Of a stretch of DNA of 29,062 bases, positions 1 through 7,191 are shown piece after piece. Source of the DNA: an uncultured Verrucomicrobiales bacterium (GTDB taxonomy: Bacteria; Verrucomicrobiota; Verrucomicrobiia; Verrucomicrobiales; DEV007); contig CALKOM010000087.1 in NCBI GenBank assembly GCA_938091905.1, forward strand, positions 1 through 29,062, read 5' to 3'. Within the stretch, counting starts at the first letter, position 1; every line of letters starts with the position of its first letter. Both the position numbers and the translations under genes were made by a program. A model generated the notes under the pieces. It searched no databases, was not told where the DNA came from, and saw only the letters and a list, made by a program, of their open reading frames with translations.

Positions 1-339
1 AATATGACCCTGAATTTCCTCAAGAAACGGGGCCGTCGGCGGAAACTCAGCCTGGAAGAGCTGACCCCGTCTTCAGCCCTGGATCAGGAGTATCAGGAGG
101 CCACTGCGTCTAGCGATCCTGTGAGAGAGGCCGATATTCACGAGCTTCAAATTAGATTGAACGAAGCGATGCTGGAGCTGTCTGAAGATCATAGGACAGT
201 GGTGACACTGTTCGATATACAAGGAATGCCTCATGCGGAAATCAGTACCATACTCGGAATCTCCCAAGGAACCGTGCGATCGCGCCTGTTCTACGCCCAT
301 CGACAGCTTCAAAACCATTTGGAAGAGTTTCGGAGTTGA
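1..339 (+). CDS. ECF (sigma-70 group 4) RNA polymerase sigma factor, C-terminal part (5'-truncated by the window)
   Basis: Region-4 HTH pattern LSEDHRTVVTLFDIQGMPHAEISTILGISQGTVRSRLFYAHRQL; the frame is open from base 1. Confidence 0.9.
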   Translation, partial: NMTLNFLKKRGRRRKLSLEELTPSSALDQEYQEATASSDPVREADIHELQIRLNEAMLELSEDHRTVVTLFDIQGMPHAEISTILGISQGTVRSRLFYAHRQLQNHLEEFRS

Positions 340-373
340 AAGCCAGTCGCGCGATCTAGAGAGTAGTCAGACG

Positions 374-862
374 ATGGACGACGAAACGCTTCAGAAGCTA
401 CTCCGATTCAAACGGCAAGAAACGCCGTCTCCGGCTTACTTTGACGCCTTCCTACGTGAATTTCATCAGCGTCAGCGCCGGGAGTTACTCAAGACCTCAT
501 CTCTTGGGATTCTCTTTGAGCGGGTGAATACCTACCTTTCTGATCCTCGCAGCCAAGCCTGGGCCTATGCGCCGGTCATGGCTGTATTTGTGGTCGCGTT
601 TTATGTGATCATCGGCATGACGGCGGAGACATCGATTCCATCGGTCCCATCGCTTGCTAATGTCTCAATGGAACAGGCAAAGCACGCTTTCAATGACGTC
701 CCAGCTGTCGACTACAGGACGGGTGGCCCTACAGTTCTCAATACAGTAGACAATGTGCCGCCTCTTCCGATCCAAGCGACTGCCTTTCTTGTAACGCCAC
801 GATTGCAGCTCCCTTTGAGCCGGGATGAGGCCTTCCAGCAGCTACAGCTCATTAGTAATTAA
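374..862 (+). CDS. Single-pass membrane protein, putative anti-sigma factor
   Basis: Directly follows the ECF sigma. Likely start is ATG at 374 (MDDETLQKLLRFKRQETP), followed by a short charged helical N-domain and one TM segment (WAYAPVMAVFVVAFYVIIGM). Confidence 0.65.
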   Translation: MDDETLQKLLRFKRQETPSPAYFDAFLREFHQRQRRELLKTSSLGILFERVNTYLSDPRSQAWAYAPVMAVFVVAFYVIIGMTAETSIPSVPSLANVSMEQAKHAFNDVPAVDYRTGGPTVLNTVDNVPPLPIQATAFLVTPRLQLPLSRDEAFQQLQLISN

Positions 863-905
863 CTCGATGGGTGACGGATCGTCGTGGGTGACGTATCATC
901 TGTGA

Positions 906-1130
906 ATGATGATACGAATTCTTGCACAATCTTCACCTGCTTTGGACACTGCGGCGACCGATGGTGCCAAGCTTGTGATGCTTGGGGTGATCTTTGTCCT
1001 CCTGTCAGGTCTTCTCGCATTCATCTTTCGCCTGCGCTATCTCTCTCGGCATCCAATCAAAGAAGCGGACGAGCTTGAGGCCATGGTAGAATCAGGGGAG
1101 AGTGAAGAAGCTCCTCCGAAGTCTTGGTAA
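906..1130 (+). CDS. Small membrane protein, hypothetical
   Basis: One hydrophobic helix (LVMLGVIFVLLSGLLAFIF), then basic residues and an acidic tail; co-oriented with the upstream genes. Confidence 0.6.
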   Translation: MMIRILAQSSPALDTAATDGAKLVMLGVIFVLLSGLLAFIFRLRYLSRHPIKEADELEAMVESGESEEAPPKSW

Positions 1131-1178
1131 GAAAGACTTTCGATCGCATGTTCGTGTTAGTCTGGCACGCCGAAATCT

Positions 1179-1460
1179 TCACTGAAACTTGGGGTGCCCT
1201 GGCTTCTTGCGGAAGAGTGTTTCTTTATCCAGCGCGCAACCTCGGCAGTTGGGAGTGGTGCAGATCTTCTCGGTGAGCTTGCCTTGTAGAATGTCCTCGG
1301 GTCCGGGTGATGGCACCCACTCGGGCTGAAATGGCTTGGGCAAAGGCTTCGTAGACTCTGGTATGGCGGGCATTTCCTGCGGCACGTCGCTTCGATCTTC
1401 GCGGGTGGCGTAGAGCAGCGCAACTACAGCCAAGGCGAGAACGGAAGCCACTTTATGCAT
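1179..1460 (-). CDS. Small exported or membrane-anchored hypothetical protein with a Cys cluster
   Basis: N-terminal hydrophobic helix (VASVLALAVVALLYA), Pro-rich linker and CTTPNCRGC; fills an otherwise empty gap. Confidence 0.5.
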   Translation of the reverse strand: MHKVASVLALAVVALLYATREDRSDVPQEMPAIPESTKPLPKPFQPEWVPSPGPEDILQGKLTEKICTTPNCRGCALDKETLFRKKPGHPKFQ

Positions 1461-1496
1461 GCTAGAAAAGTGATTTTATAGTACGAATTGGGCGAT

Positions 1497-1525
1497 TTGT
1501 CACGCTGATGTCATGGTAATGTCAT
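1497..1525 (+). promoter_or_regulatory. Three direct TGTCA repeats at 11-bp spacing, candidate PhoB/OmpR-family binding site
   Basis: TTGTCAC-GCTG-ATGTCAT-GGTA-ATGTCAT, with TGTCA at 1498, 1509 and 1520, in a divergent intergenic region. Confidence 0.6.
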
Positions 1526-1600
1526 CTAGCCGGGGTATCTACTCCTAAGCTGAACAATGTGTCCGGCGTCAAACGAACATCGAACCAACACAAAACTATC

Positions 1601-2047
1601 ATGAAACTTACGATTACAACTCTCATCGCGGCCCTGGTCGCTTCCATGGCCTTGGTGGCCACAGCACAAGATCCGGAGAAGAAGGCTCCTGAAGCCAGAG
1701 CGTCTGAGAAGAAAGAAGGGCCTCGTAGTGCCCGCGGTGGAGCTGGTGGTGGTCGCGGCGGAGATATGCTCGCTAGATTGCCGTTGTATAAGGCTCTTGA
1801 TGCAAACAAAGATGGTGAAATCTCTGCGAAAGAAATCGAGAACGCTGTAGCGGCTCTCAAGGAGCTGGACGAGGATGGCGACGGCAGGTTGAGCAGGAAA
1901 GAAATTGCTCCTGCCTGGGGAAGTCGCGGTGGTGATAGGCAGCGTGGTGGTGACCGTGCTGGTGGACGCCAACGTGGTGGTGGCGGTGAAGGTGGTCGCC
2001 CAGAGCGTCCAGCGCGTCCGAAGCGCCCTTCTGCTGACGAAAAATAA
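1601..2047 (+). CDS. Secreted EF-hand Ca-binding protein with Gly/Arg-rich low-complexity arms
   Basis: Signal peptide MKLTITTLIAALVASMALVATA; two EF loops, DANKDGEISAKE and DEDGDGRLSRKE. Confidence 0.85.
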   Translation: MKLTITTLIAALVASMALVATAQDPEKKAPEARASEKKEGPRSARGGAGGGRGGDMLARLPLYKALDANKDGEISAKEIENAVAALKELDEDGDGRLSRKEIAPAWGSRGGDRQRGGDRAGGRQRGGGGEGGRPERPARPKRPSADEK

Positions 2048-2063
2048 GACATTCTTGTTTCTT

Positions 2064-2097
2064 GGCAGCCTTCTCTGACTTGACAGGGGAGGCTGCC
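2064..2097 (+). terminator. Stem-loop after the EF-hand gene (terminator or mRNA-stabilising hairpin)
   Basis: GGCAGCCTTCTCTG-ACTTGA-CAGGGGAGGCTGCC forms a 14-bp stem with two G-U pairs on the + strand; the U-tail is weak (TTCAATTGATTT). Confidence 0.6.
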
Positions 2098-2128
2098 TTC
2101 AATTGATTTCTATCCACTTCCTAACGTC

Positions 2129-3532
2129 ATGTCTAAACGCTCTCTACTTCTTGGTGGCGGTTGGTTGCTCAGTGCAGTTGCCACTTTTGGTCTCGGTTGG
2201 ACTTTGAAACCTGGCCCTGAGTCAACCTCTAACAGTGCGTTGAGCGCTTCCGGTGGGGAAGGTTCTTTCGTCCCGGCTGTTAGGTTGAAAAGTGAGGAAG
2301 CGATTGCTGCCGCGAAACGTGTGGACGGACTCTTTCTCGACAAGTACGTCATCGGTGATCAGTTCTTGCCGGAAAGCATGACTGCGGCAATGAAGGAGGT
2401 GTTAGGGGAAGATGATCCTTTGAAGCGGGCGGCTCTTATGTCAGCGTTGCTTGCTCAGCTTACTCCAGAGAATGCGAAGGCTGCGTGGGAAGTAATGAAG
2501 GATTCGCGAGGAGGAGGTCGGCGAGGTCCTGGCGGAGACAACAGCCGCCAGCTGTTTTTAAACGCTTGGGGGCGGGTTGATGGGGAGGCGGCGCTGACCG
2601 AACTGATGGCGGCAATGCAAACCGAAGGCGGGGAAGAAGGGCGTGGTCGTGGTGGTCGAGGGGGAGGTGACCGAGGACGCGGTATGATGGACACTTACAG
2701 TGCGCTTACGGGATGGGCGACAGCTGATGGAGCGAATGCGGCAGAGTTTGTGGATGGTCTTGAGGACGATCGGATGAAGGGAGTGTATATGAATGGCATC
2801 GTGCGTGGTATGTTAGTCAATGGAGTGGATGAAGCAGTGAAGTATGTGAGCAATCTTCCTGAGGGGACGGAGAATAAGGATCGCTACATGTCGAGTATTG
2901 CAGATGAAATGTTAGAAGAGGGTGTGTCGTCCGCGACGAAATGGGTGGATGCGCTTGGTGATGATAGTTTGAAAGAAGGTGCCATGACTCGGGTCGCTTC
3001 GGAGTTTGTGCGAGACGACTTGGAGGGGGCCGTAGCTTGGGTGGCTGACCATGCTGGGGAGTCGTATGCCAATGATGCTGTCGAGGAGGTCGCTGAGCGG
3101 TGGGCAGAACAGGACCCACAGGCAGTGATCGAATGGGGAGCGGACTTGCCCGAGAACGCACAAGCTGAGGTTTACTATCAGGCGCTCGATGAGTGGACAA
3201 AGAGCGATGCCCTCGCGGCTAGTGAGTATCTTACAAGCATGCCTGTATCAGCAGCGAAAGACTCTGCCGTGGAAGGCTTTGCGACGGAGTTGGCTAAGGA
3301 GGATCCGGAATCGGCCATAGTATGGGCACAGACGATCGGCGATGAATCTCTGCGAAGCGACGCAGTGACCGAAGTTGCTCAGAATTGGTATCGGCAGGAT
3401 CAGGCCGCTGTGAAAGCTTGGTTGCCCACGAGTGGTTTATCACAAGATGCTCAGGCAGCAGTGACGGCACCGCAGGACCGCGGTGGGAACTTTGGTGGAC
3501 GAGGTGGTGGTGGGCGAGGCCGTGGACGTTAG
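2129..3532 (+). CDS. Membrane-anchored alpha-helical repeat protein with Gly/Arg-rich insertions, hypothetical
   Basis: N-terminal hydrophobic anchor; recurring W-x2-3-D-x2-A-A-x2-W/F helical units (WATADGANAAEF, WAEQDPQAVIEW, WTKSDALAASEY, WYRQDQAAVKAW); three RGG patches. Confidence 0.8.
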   Translation: MSKRSLLLGGGWLLSAVATFGLGWTLKPGPESTSNSALSASGGEGSFVPAVRLKSEEAIAAAKRVDGLFLDKYVIGDQFLPESMTAAMKEVLGEDDPLKRAALMSALLAQLTPENAKAAWEVMKDSRGGGRRGPGGDNSRQLFLNAWGRVDGEAALTELMAAMQTEGGEEGRGRGGRGGGDRGRGMMDTYSALTGWATADGANAAEFVDGLEDDRMKGVYMNGIVRGMLVNGVDEAVKYVSNLPEGTENKDRYMSSIADEMLEEGVSSATKWVDALGDDSLKEGAMTRVASEFVRDDLEGAVAWVADHAGESYANDAVEEVAERWAEQDPQAVIEWGADLPENAQAEVYYQALDEWTKSDALAASEYLTSMPVSAAKDSAVEGFATELAKEDPESAIVWAQTIGDESLRSDAVTEVAQNWYRQDQAAVKAWLPTSGLSQDAQAAVTAPQDRGGNFGGRGGGGRGRGR

Positions 3533-4484
3533 GCGGCTCAAGGTTATTGATTCCCACACAGGTGGGGAGCCAACGCGTATCGTCATTGACGGTGGTCCGA
3601 ATCTCAGGAGCGGATCACTAGCGGAAAGGCGAGACCTTTTGCTGGAGCAACATGATTGGCTGCGCTCTTCCGTGGTGAATGAACCTCGCGGGTCTGATGC
3701 CTTCGTGGGAGGGATTCTTTGTGAGCCGGCGGATGCTATGTGCGATGTTGGCGTCATTTATTTCAACAACACAGGCTATCTGAACATGTGTGTGCATGGG
3801 ACGATTGGTTTAGCGGTGAGTCTCGCTTGGTTAGGCCGAGAGGGGAAAGATGGTCTGACAAGAATTGAGACACCTGTGGGGGTTGTCACGAGTAAGCGCC
3901 ATGTTGATGGCCGAGTGACTGTAGCTAATGTGCCCAGTTACCGATCGCAGAAAGATCTTCGGCTCCGAGTCGATGGATTTGGCGACGTCGTGGCGGACAT
4001 TGCGTGGGGGGGCAATTGGTTTCTCCTTGTTCAGGAACATTCGTTAGAGGTGAGTTATGCGAATATACCCAACCTGACGCGTTTCTGTCAGGCTGCGCGC
4101 GATTCGCTTGAGCGCGAAGGTATCTATGGTGATGATGGAGGTGAGATTGATCACATCGAAGTCTTCGCGGCTGCGGAAGGTATTGACGCAGATAGCCGTA
4201 ACTTTGTGCTTTGTCCTGGCGGTGCCTATGATCGCTCACCGTGTGGCACTGGAACTAGTGCGAAGTTGGCCTGTCTTCATGAATCTGGACGATTGCCAGA
4301 AGGGAAAGTTTGGCGCCAAGCGAGTATCCTCGGCAGTGTCTTTGAAGGCCAGGTAATTCGCGACGGGCAGGGGCAACTGATTCCGCAGATCACTGGTAGC
4401 GCCTTTGTGAATGGGGAATCTACTTTAATATTGAACCCGGACGATCCCTTTTGTGATGGGATCACGCCAAATACAGTGTTTTAG
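3522..4484 (+). CDS. Proline racemase family protein, likely 4-hydroxyproline 2-epimerase
   Basis: IDSHTGGEPTR N-terminal motif; catalytic Cys pair in NMCVHG and DRSPCGTGTSA; GTG at 3522 fits the usual family N-terminus. Confidence 0.9.
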   Translation: MDVRRLKVIDSHTGGEPTRIVIDGGPNLRSGSLAERRDLLLEQHDWLRSSVVNEPRGSDAFVGGILCEPADAMCDVGVIYFNNTGYLNMCVHGTIGLAVSLAWLGREGKDGLTRIETPVGVVTSKRHVDGRVTVANVPSYRSQKDLRLRVDGFGDVVADIAWGGNWFLLVQEHSLEVSYANIPNLTRFCQAARDSLEREGIYGDDGGEIDHIEVFAAAEGIDADSRNFVLCPGGAYDRSPCGTGTSAKLACLHESGRLPEGKVWRQASILGSVFEGQVIRDGQGQLIPQITGSAFVNGESTLILNPDDPFCDGITPNTVF

Positions 4485-4503
4485 AGTCATGGCGCCAAGC
4501 GGT

Positions 4504-5598
4504 TCACCACGCCAGTTCTAGCTGCCTTCCTTGAGGTGGCGTGAAGTGGGTTGTTTCCAAAGGAGGGATTACTCGGTCCAGGCCATGTCGCTTTCGGCTG
4601 ACCATGAATAGCGTCCTGAGATCTTCCGCCGCGCGACCGCTGCCTCGCATGCGATTGCCGAACTCCGTTTCATTGAGACTACCGGTTTCACGAAACTCTC
4701 TGATGCGGCCGAGTATCTTTTCTTTATGGCCGGGTAGAAAGTCTTCTAACCAATGGGCGAAGATGTCTTTTACTGCATGGGGTAAACGGACAAGCGTGTA
4801 GCTAGCGCGGATGGCTCCGTGATCGGCCGCTGCTTCAAGAATGGCTGGAATTTCGTGATCGTTGAGCCCCGGGATGATGGGGGCGACATTGATTGATGCG
4901 GGAATGCCAGCTTTGCCTAGGCGACGCACCGCATCCAAGCGTTGCTGAGGGCTTGAAGCACGTGGTTTCAACCGATGAGCGAGTTTAGGATCAAGTGTGG
5001 TGATAGAGAGTGTGACCGAGGCTGCGCTCACCCGAGCCATCGGTTCTAACAAATCAATGTCTCTCGTGACCAAGTGGTTCTTGCTGATCACTCCGACAGG
5101 ATGCAGGCATTTGGAAAGTACTTTGAGACATTGCCGAGTGATTTCCAATCGCTTTTCCACGGGCTGGTAACAGTCGGTCACGCCGCTGCAAGCCAGTGTC
5201 TTGGGTTCCCAATGCTTGCGCGAGAGGGCTAGTTCTAACAGATTAGCTGCTTCGGGCTTCACCATGATCTTGGATTCGAAATCAATCCCGGCATCAAATC
5301 CCAGGTATTCATGATAGGGGCGAGCGTAGCAATAGGCGCAGCCGTGCTCACAGCCTCGGTAGGGGTTTAGGCTAATGTCGAAAGGGATGTCTGGGCTGTC
5401 ATTCTTGGAGATGATGCTCTGAGTGTCGTCTCGAAGGAATGTGGTCTTGATCGCCCGCGGAGGGTTTTCAAGATCGTCATCGGGCGCCTGGCCGGCCTGA
5501 ATCTCAGGCTCCCATTCGATCTGAAGTTTCTCGAACCGATTGGGAGGGGCTTCGGCAGCACCGCGTCCGCGAGCGATCTTGCGGTGGATTGCGCATTC
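4504..5598 (-). CDS. PA0069/SplB-like (COG1533) radical SAM protein; start codon anomalous
   Basis: The frame stays open upstream of the tracked Met (5265) to 5598 and encodes RGRGAAEAPPNRFE...NDSPDIPFDISLNPYRGCEHGCAYCYARPYHEYLG (CxxxCxxC). The downstream part has SGVTDCYQPVE and APIIPGLND. Confidence 0.9.
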   Translation of the reverse strand, partial: ECAIHRKIARGRGAAEAPPNRFEKLQIEWEPEIQAGQAPDDDLENPPRAIKTTFLRDDTQSIISKNDSPDIPFDISLNPYRGCEHGCAYCYARPYHEYLGFDAGIDFESKIMVKPEAANLLELALSRKHWEPKTLACSGVTDCYQPVEKRLEITRQCLKVLSKCLHPVGVISKNHLVTRDIDLLEPMARVSAASVTLSITTLDPKLAHRLKPRASSPQQRLDAVRRLGKAGIPASINVAPIIPGLNDHEIPAILEAAADHGAIRASYTLVRLPHAVKDIFAHWLEDFLPGHKEKILGRIREFRETGSLNETEFGNRMRGSGRAAEDLRTLFMVSRKRHGLDRVIPPLETTHFTPPQGRQLELAW

Positions 5599-5609
5599 CT
5601 ACCAATAAC

Positions 5610-5623
5610 TGTTCATGTGAACA
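5610..5623. promoter_or_regulatory. LexA-type SOS box (Verrucomicrobia-type TGTTC-N4-GAACA)
   Basis: Exact TGTTC-ATGT-GAACA immediately upstream of the radical SAM DNA-repair-type gene. Confidence 0.8.
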
Positions 5624-5670
5624 CATCAAAGCAAAGATACTTGCCTGAATTTTTCTATTAATTATAAGAA

Positions 5671-5686
5671 GCGCTACATGTAGTGG
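5671..5686. promoter_or_regulatory. NrdR box 1
   Basis: gcgCTACATGTAGtgg fits the NrdR consensus acaCwAtATaTwGtgt; palindromic core CTACATGTAG; upstream of nrdR. Confidence 0.7.
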
Positions 5687-5697
5687 TGCCTTTCTCA

Positions 5698-5725
5698 TTG
5701 ACGCTACTACACGTTGCGATAGCCT
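5698..5725 (+). promoter_or_regulatory. Candidate sigma-70 promoter of nrdR
   Basis: TTGACG (5698-5703), 16-nt spacer, TAGCCT (5720-5725), 10 nt before the ATG. Confidence 0.4.
5704..5719. promoter_or_regulatory. NrdR box 2 (weaker)
   Basis: ctaCTACACGTTGcga, offset 33 bp from box 1 (about 3 helical turns). Confidence 0.55.
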
Positions 5726-5735
5726 CTCAAATAGG

Positions 5736-6287
5736 ATGCGCTGTGTTCGCTGCGGAAACCATGAGGATAAGGTGATCGATTCCCGTTCAAACAAGGATGG
5801 GATGTCGATTCGCCGACGTCGGCAATGCCTCAAGTGTGATCATCGTTTCACGACGTATGAGGCTTTGGAGCAGCGCGAACTGTACGTGATTAAGCGTGAC
5901 AAGACGCGCGAGCCTCTAGAGCGCGCTAAACTCCTCCAGAGCCTGAGTAAGGCAGCCGAGAAACGGCCGATCAGCCGGGAGACCCTGGAGGAATCTGTCG
6001 ACGGCATCATTAGCGAGCTCGAGGAGATCGGCGGTGCTGAGGTAGAAGCTTCTCGGATCGGTCTGGCCGTGATGCGCAAGCTGAAGGCGATTGATCCCGT
6101 GGCCTACGTGCGCTATGCCTCCGTCTACAGATCCTTCCAGGATGTCGGCGAGTTTCTGAATGAGATCCAGAATATGAATGATGACCCGATGCACGGCACT
6201 CATCACCCCGAGCTTTTTAAAGTAAAAGAACCTAAGCCTAAACCATCTGCTGGAGCGGCCAAGACCCTCTCTTCTTCATCAACATGA
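5736..6287 (+). CDS. nrdR: Transcriptional repressor NrdR
   Basis: Zn ribbon CVRC...VIDSR...IRRRRQCLKCDHRFTTYE; ATP-cone VIKRD...; C-terminal DPVAYVRYASVYRSF. Confidence 0.97.
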   Translation: MRCVRCGNHEDKVIDSRSNKDGMSIRRRRQCLKCDHRFTTYEALEQRELYVIKRDKTREPLERAKLLQSLSKAAEKRPISRETLEESVDGIISELEEIGGAEVEASRIGLAVMRKLKAIDPVAYVRYASVYRSFQDVGEFLNEIQNMNDDPMHGTHHPELFKVKEPKPKPSAGAAKTLSSSST

Positions 6288-6841
6288 TTTCACTGGCATC
6301 AGGACTTCCTGTCCTCCAAATTGGCGATCGCGGCGTTAGTCACTATTCATCGGAGTGGCTCGAAACGTCGATTCGCTCAGCAGCAGCGGAGGCGGGGCAC
6401 GAGAAATGGTGGTTCGCTACGGACATCGTTAGGAGTCTGTTTCTATATCTGCGAGATCGTTTTCAAGACACTGTGATCACTGTAAATCAGCTTTTTGAGA
6501 AGCTTCGTCTAACGCTAACGGCTTTGGGCTTTCAAGATATTGCCACCCATCTGCATGATCAGGTGCCACCATGTCGGATCTCGCTCATGCAGCTCGCTGC
6601 TGAAGCTGAAACGAATGGGTTCTATGAATTTTACTTCTTCAGGAGGCTCGGAGAGAGTTTAGATGATGCAGTTGCCACTGGCACGCATCTGATTACTACC
6701 AATGGGTTGCGGCGTGCTATGCGTAGACTGTGTGGAGCGAAACGCTGGTCTCCTAGCTGCGAGCGCTTGTATCAAGACACACTTACATTTATCCGCAATC
6801 GAACGGCAGACCATCACGCGGTGCGTGTGCAGATCGCCTAG
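6284..6841 (+). CDS. Hypothetical protein, possibly with a degenerate ATP-cone
   Basis: ATGA overlap with nrdR; the helical pattern of residues ~10-90 resembles an ATP-cone. Confidence 0.75.
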   Translation: MISLASGLPVLQIGDRGVSHYSSEWLETSIRSAAAEAGHEKWWFATDIVRSLFLYLRDRFQDTVITVNQLFEKLRLTLTALGFQDIATHLHDQVPPCRISLMQLAAEAETNGFYEFYFFRRLGESLDDAVATGTHLITTNGLRRAMRRLCGAKRWSPSCERLYQDTLTFIRNRTADHHAVRVQIA

Positions 6842-6849
6842 ATAGCGCC

Positions 6850-7191
6850 ATGCCTACGCTGTTTGAGAAGATCATCGCCCGCGAGATCCCTGCAGAGATC
6901 GTCTATGAAGATGACCTCTGTCTCGCCTTTCGTGACATTAGCGCGCAGGCTCCTGTTCACGTCCTTCTCATCCCGAAGAAACCTATTCCTCGAGTCGGGG
7001 AAGCGACTGAAGAAGATCAGGACTTGTTAGGCCACCTCCTACTGAAGGTGGGCGTCGTTGCGGAGCAACTGGGATTAAAGGATACAGGATTCCGTATTGC
7101 CGTGAATCACGGCAAGGATGGTGGTGAGACAGTGCCTCACATGCACATTCACTTGCTTGGTGGCCGTCCGTTGACCTGGCCTCCTGGTTAG
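6850..7191 (+). CDS. hinT: Histidine triad (HIT) nucleotide-binding protein, HinT-like
   Basis: LFEKIIAREIPA, AFRDISAQAPVHVLLIPK and HIT motif HMHIHLLGGR. Confidence 0.92.
   Translation: MPTLFEKIIAREIPAEIVYEDDLCLAFRDISAQAPVHVLLIPKKPIPRVGEATEEDQDLLGHLLLKVGVVAEQLGLKDTGFRIAVNHGKDGGETVPHMHIHLLGGRPLTWPPG

Noticed and set aside
233..373. N-terminal extension of the 209-aa ORF overlapping the sigma gene
   Set aside because: It overlaps conserved sigma region 4; the ATG at 374 is a better start.
1522..2052. Minus-strand Pro/Ser-rich ORFs (176 and 148 aa)
   Set aside because: Antisense shadows of the Gly/Arg-rich EF-hand gene.
3483..3521. Longer start for the epimerase (MGTLVDEVVVGEA)
   Set aside because: It is an alternative reading of the upstream GGT-rich tail and lies before the family N-terminus.
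5504..5833. 109-aa minus-strand ORF across the divergent promoter
   Set aside because: It overlaps nrdR and the regulatory sites and has no recognisable motif; only its ATG at 5596 matters, as the possible displaced start of the radical SAM gene.
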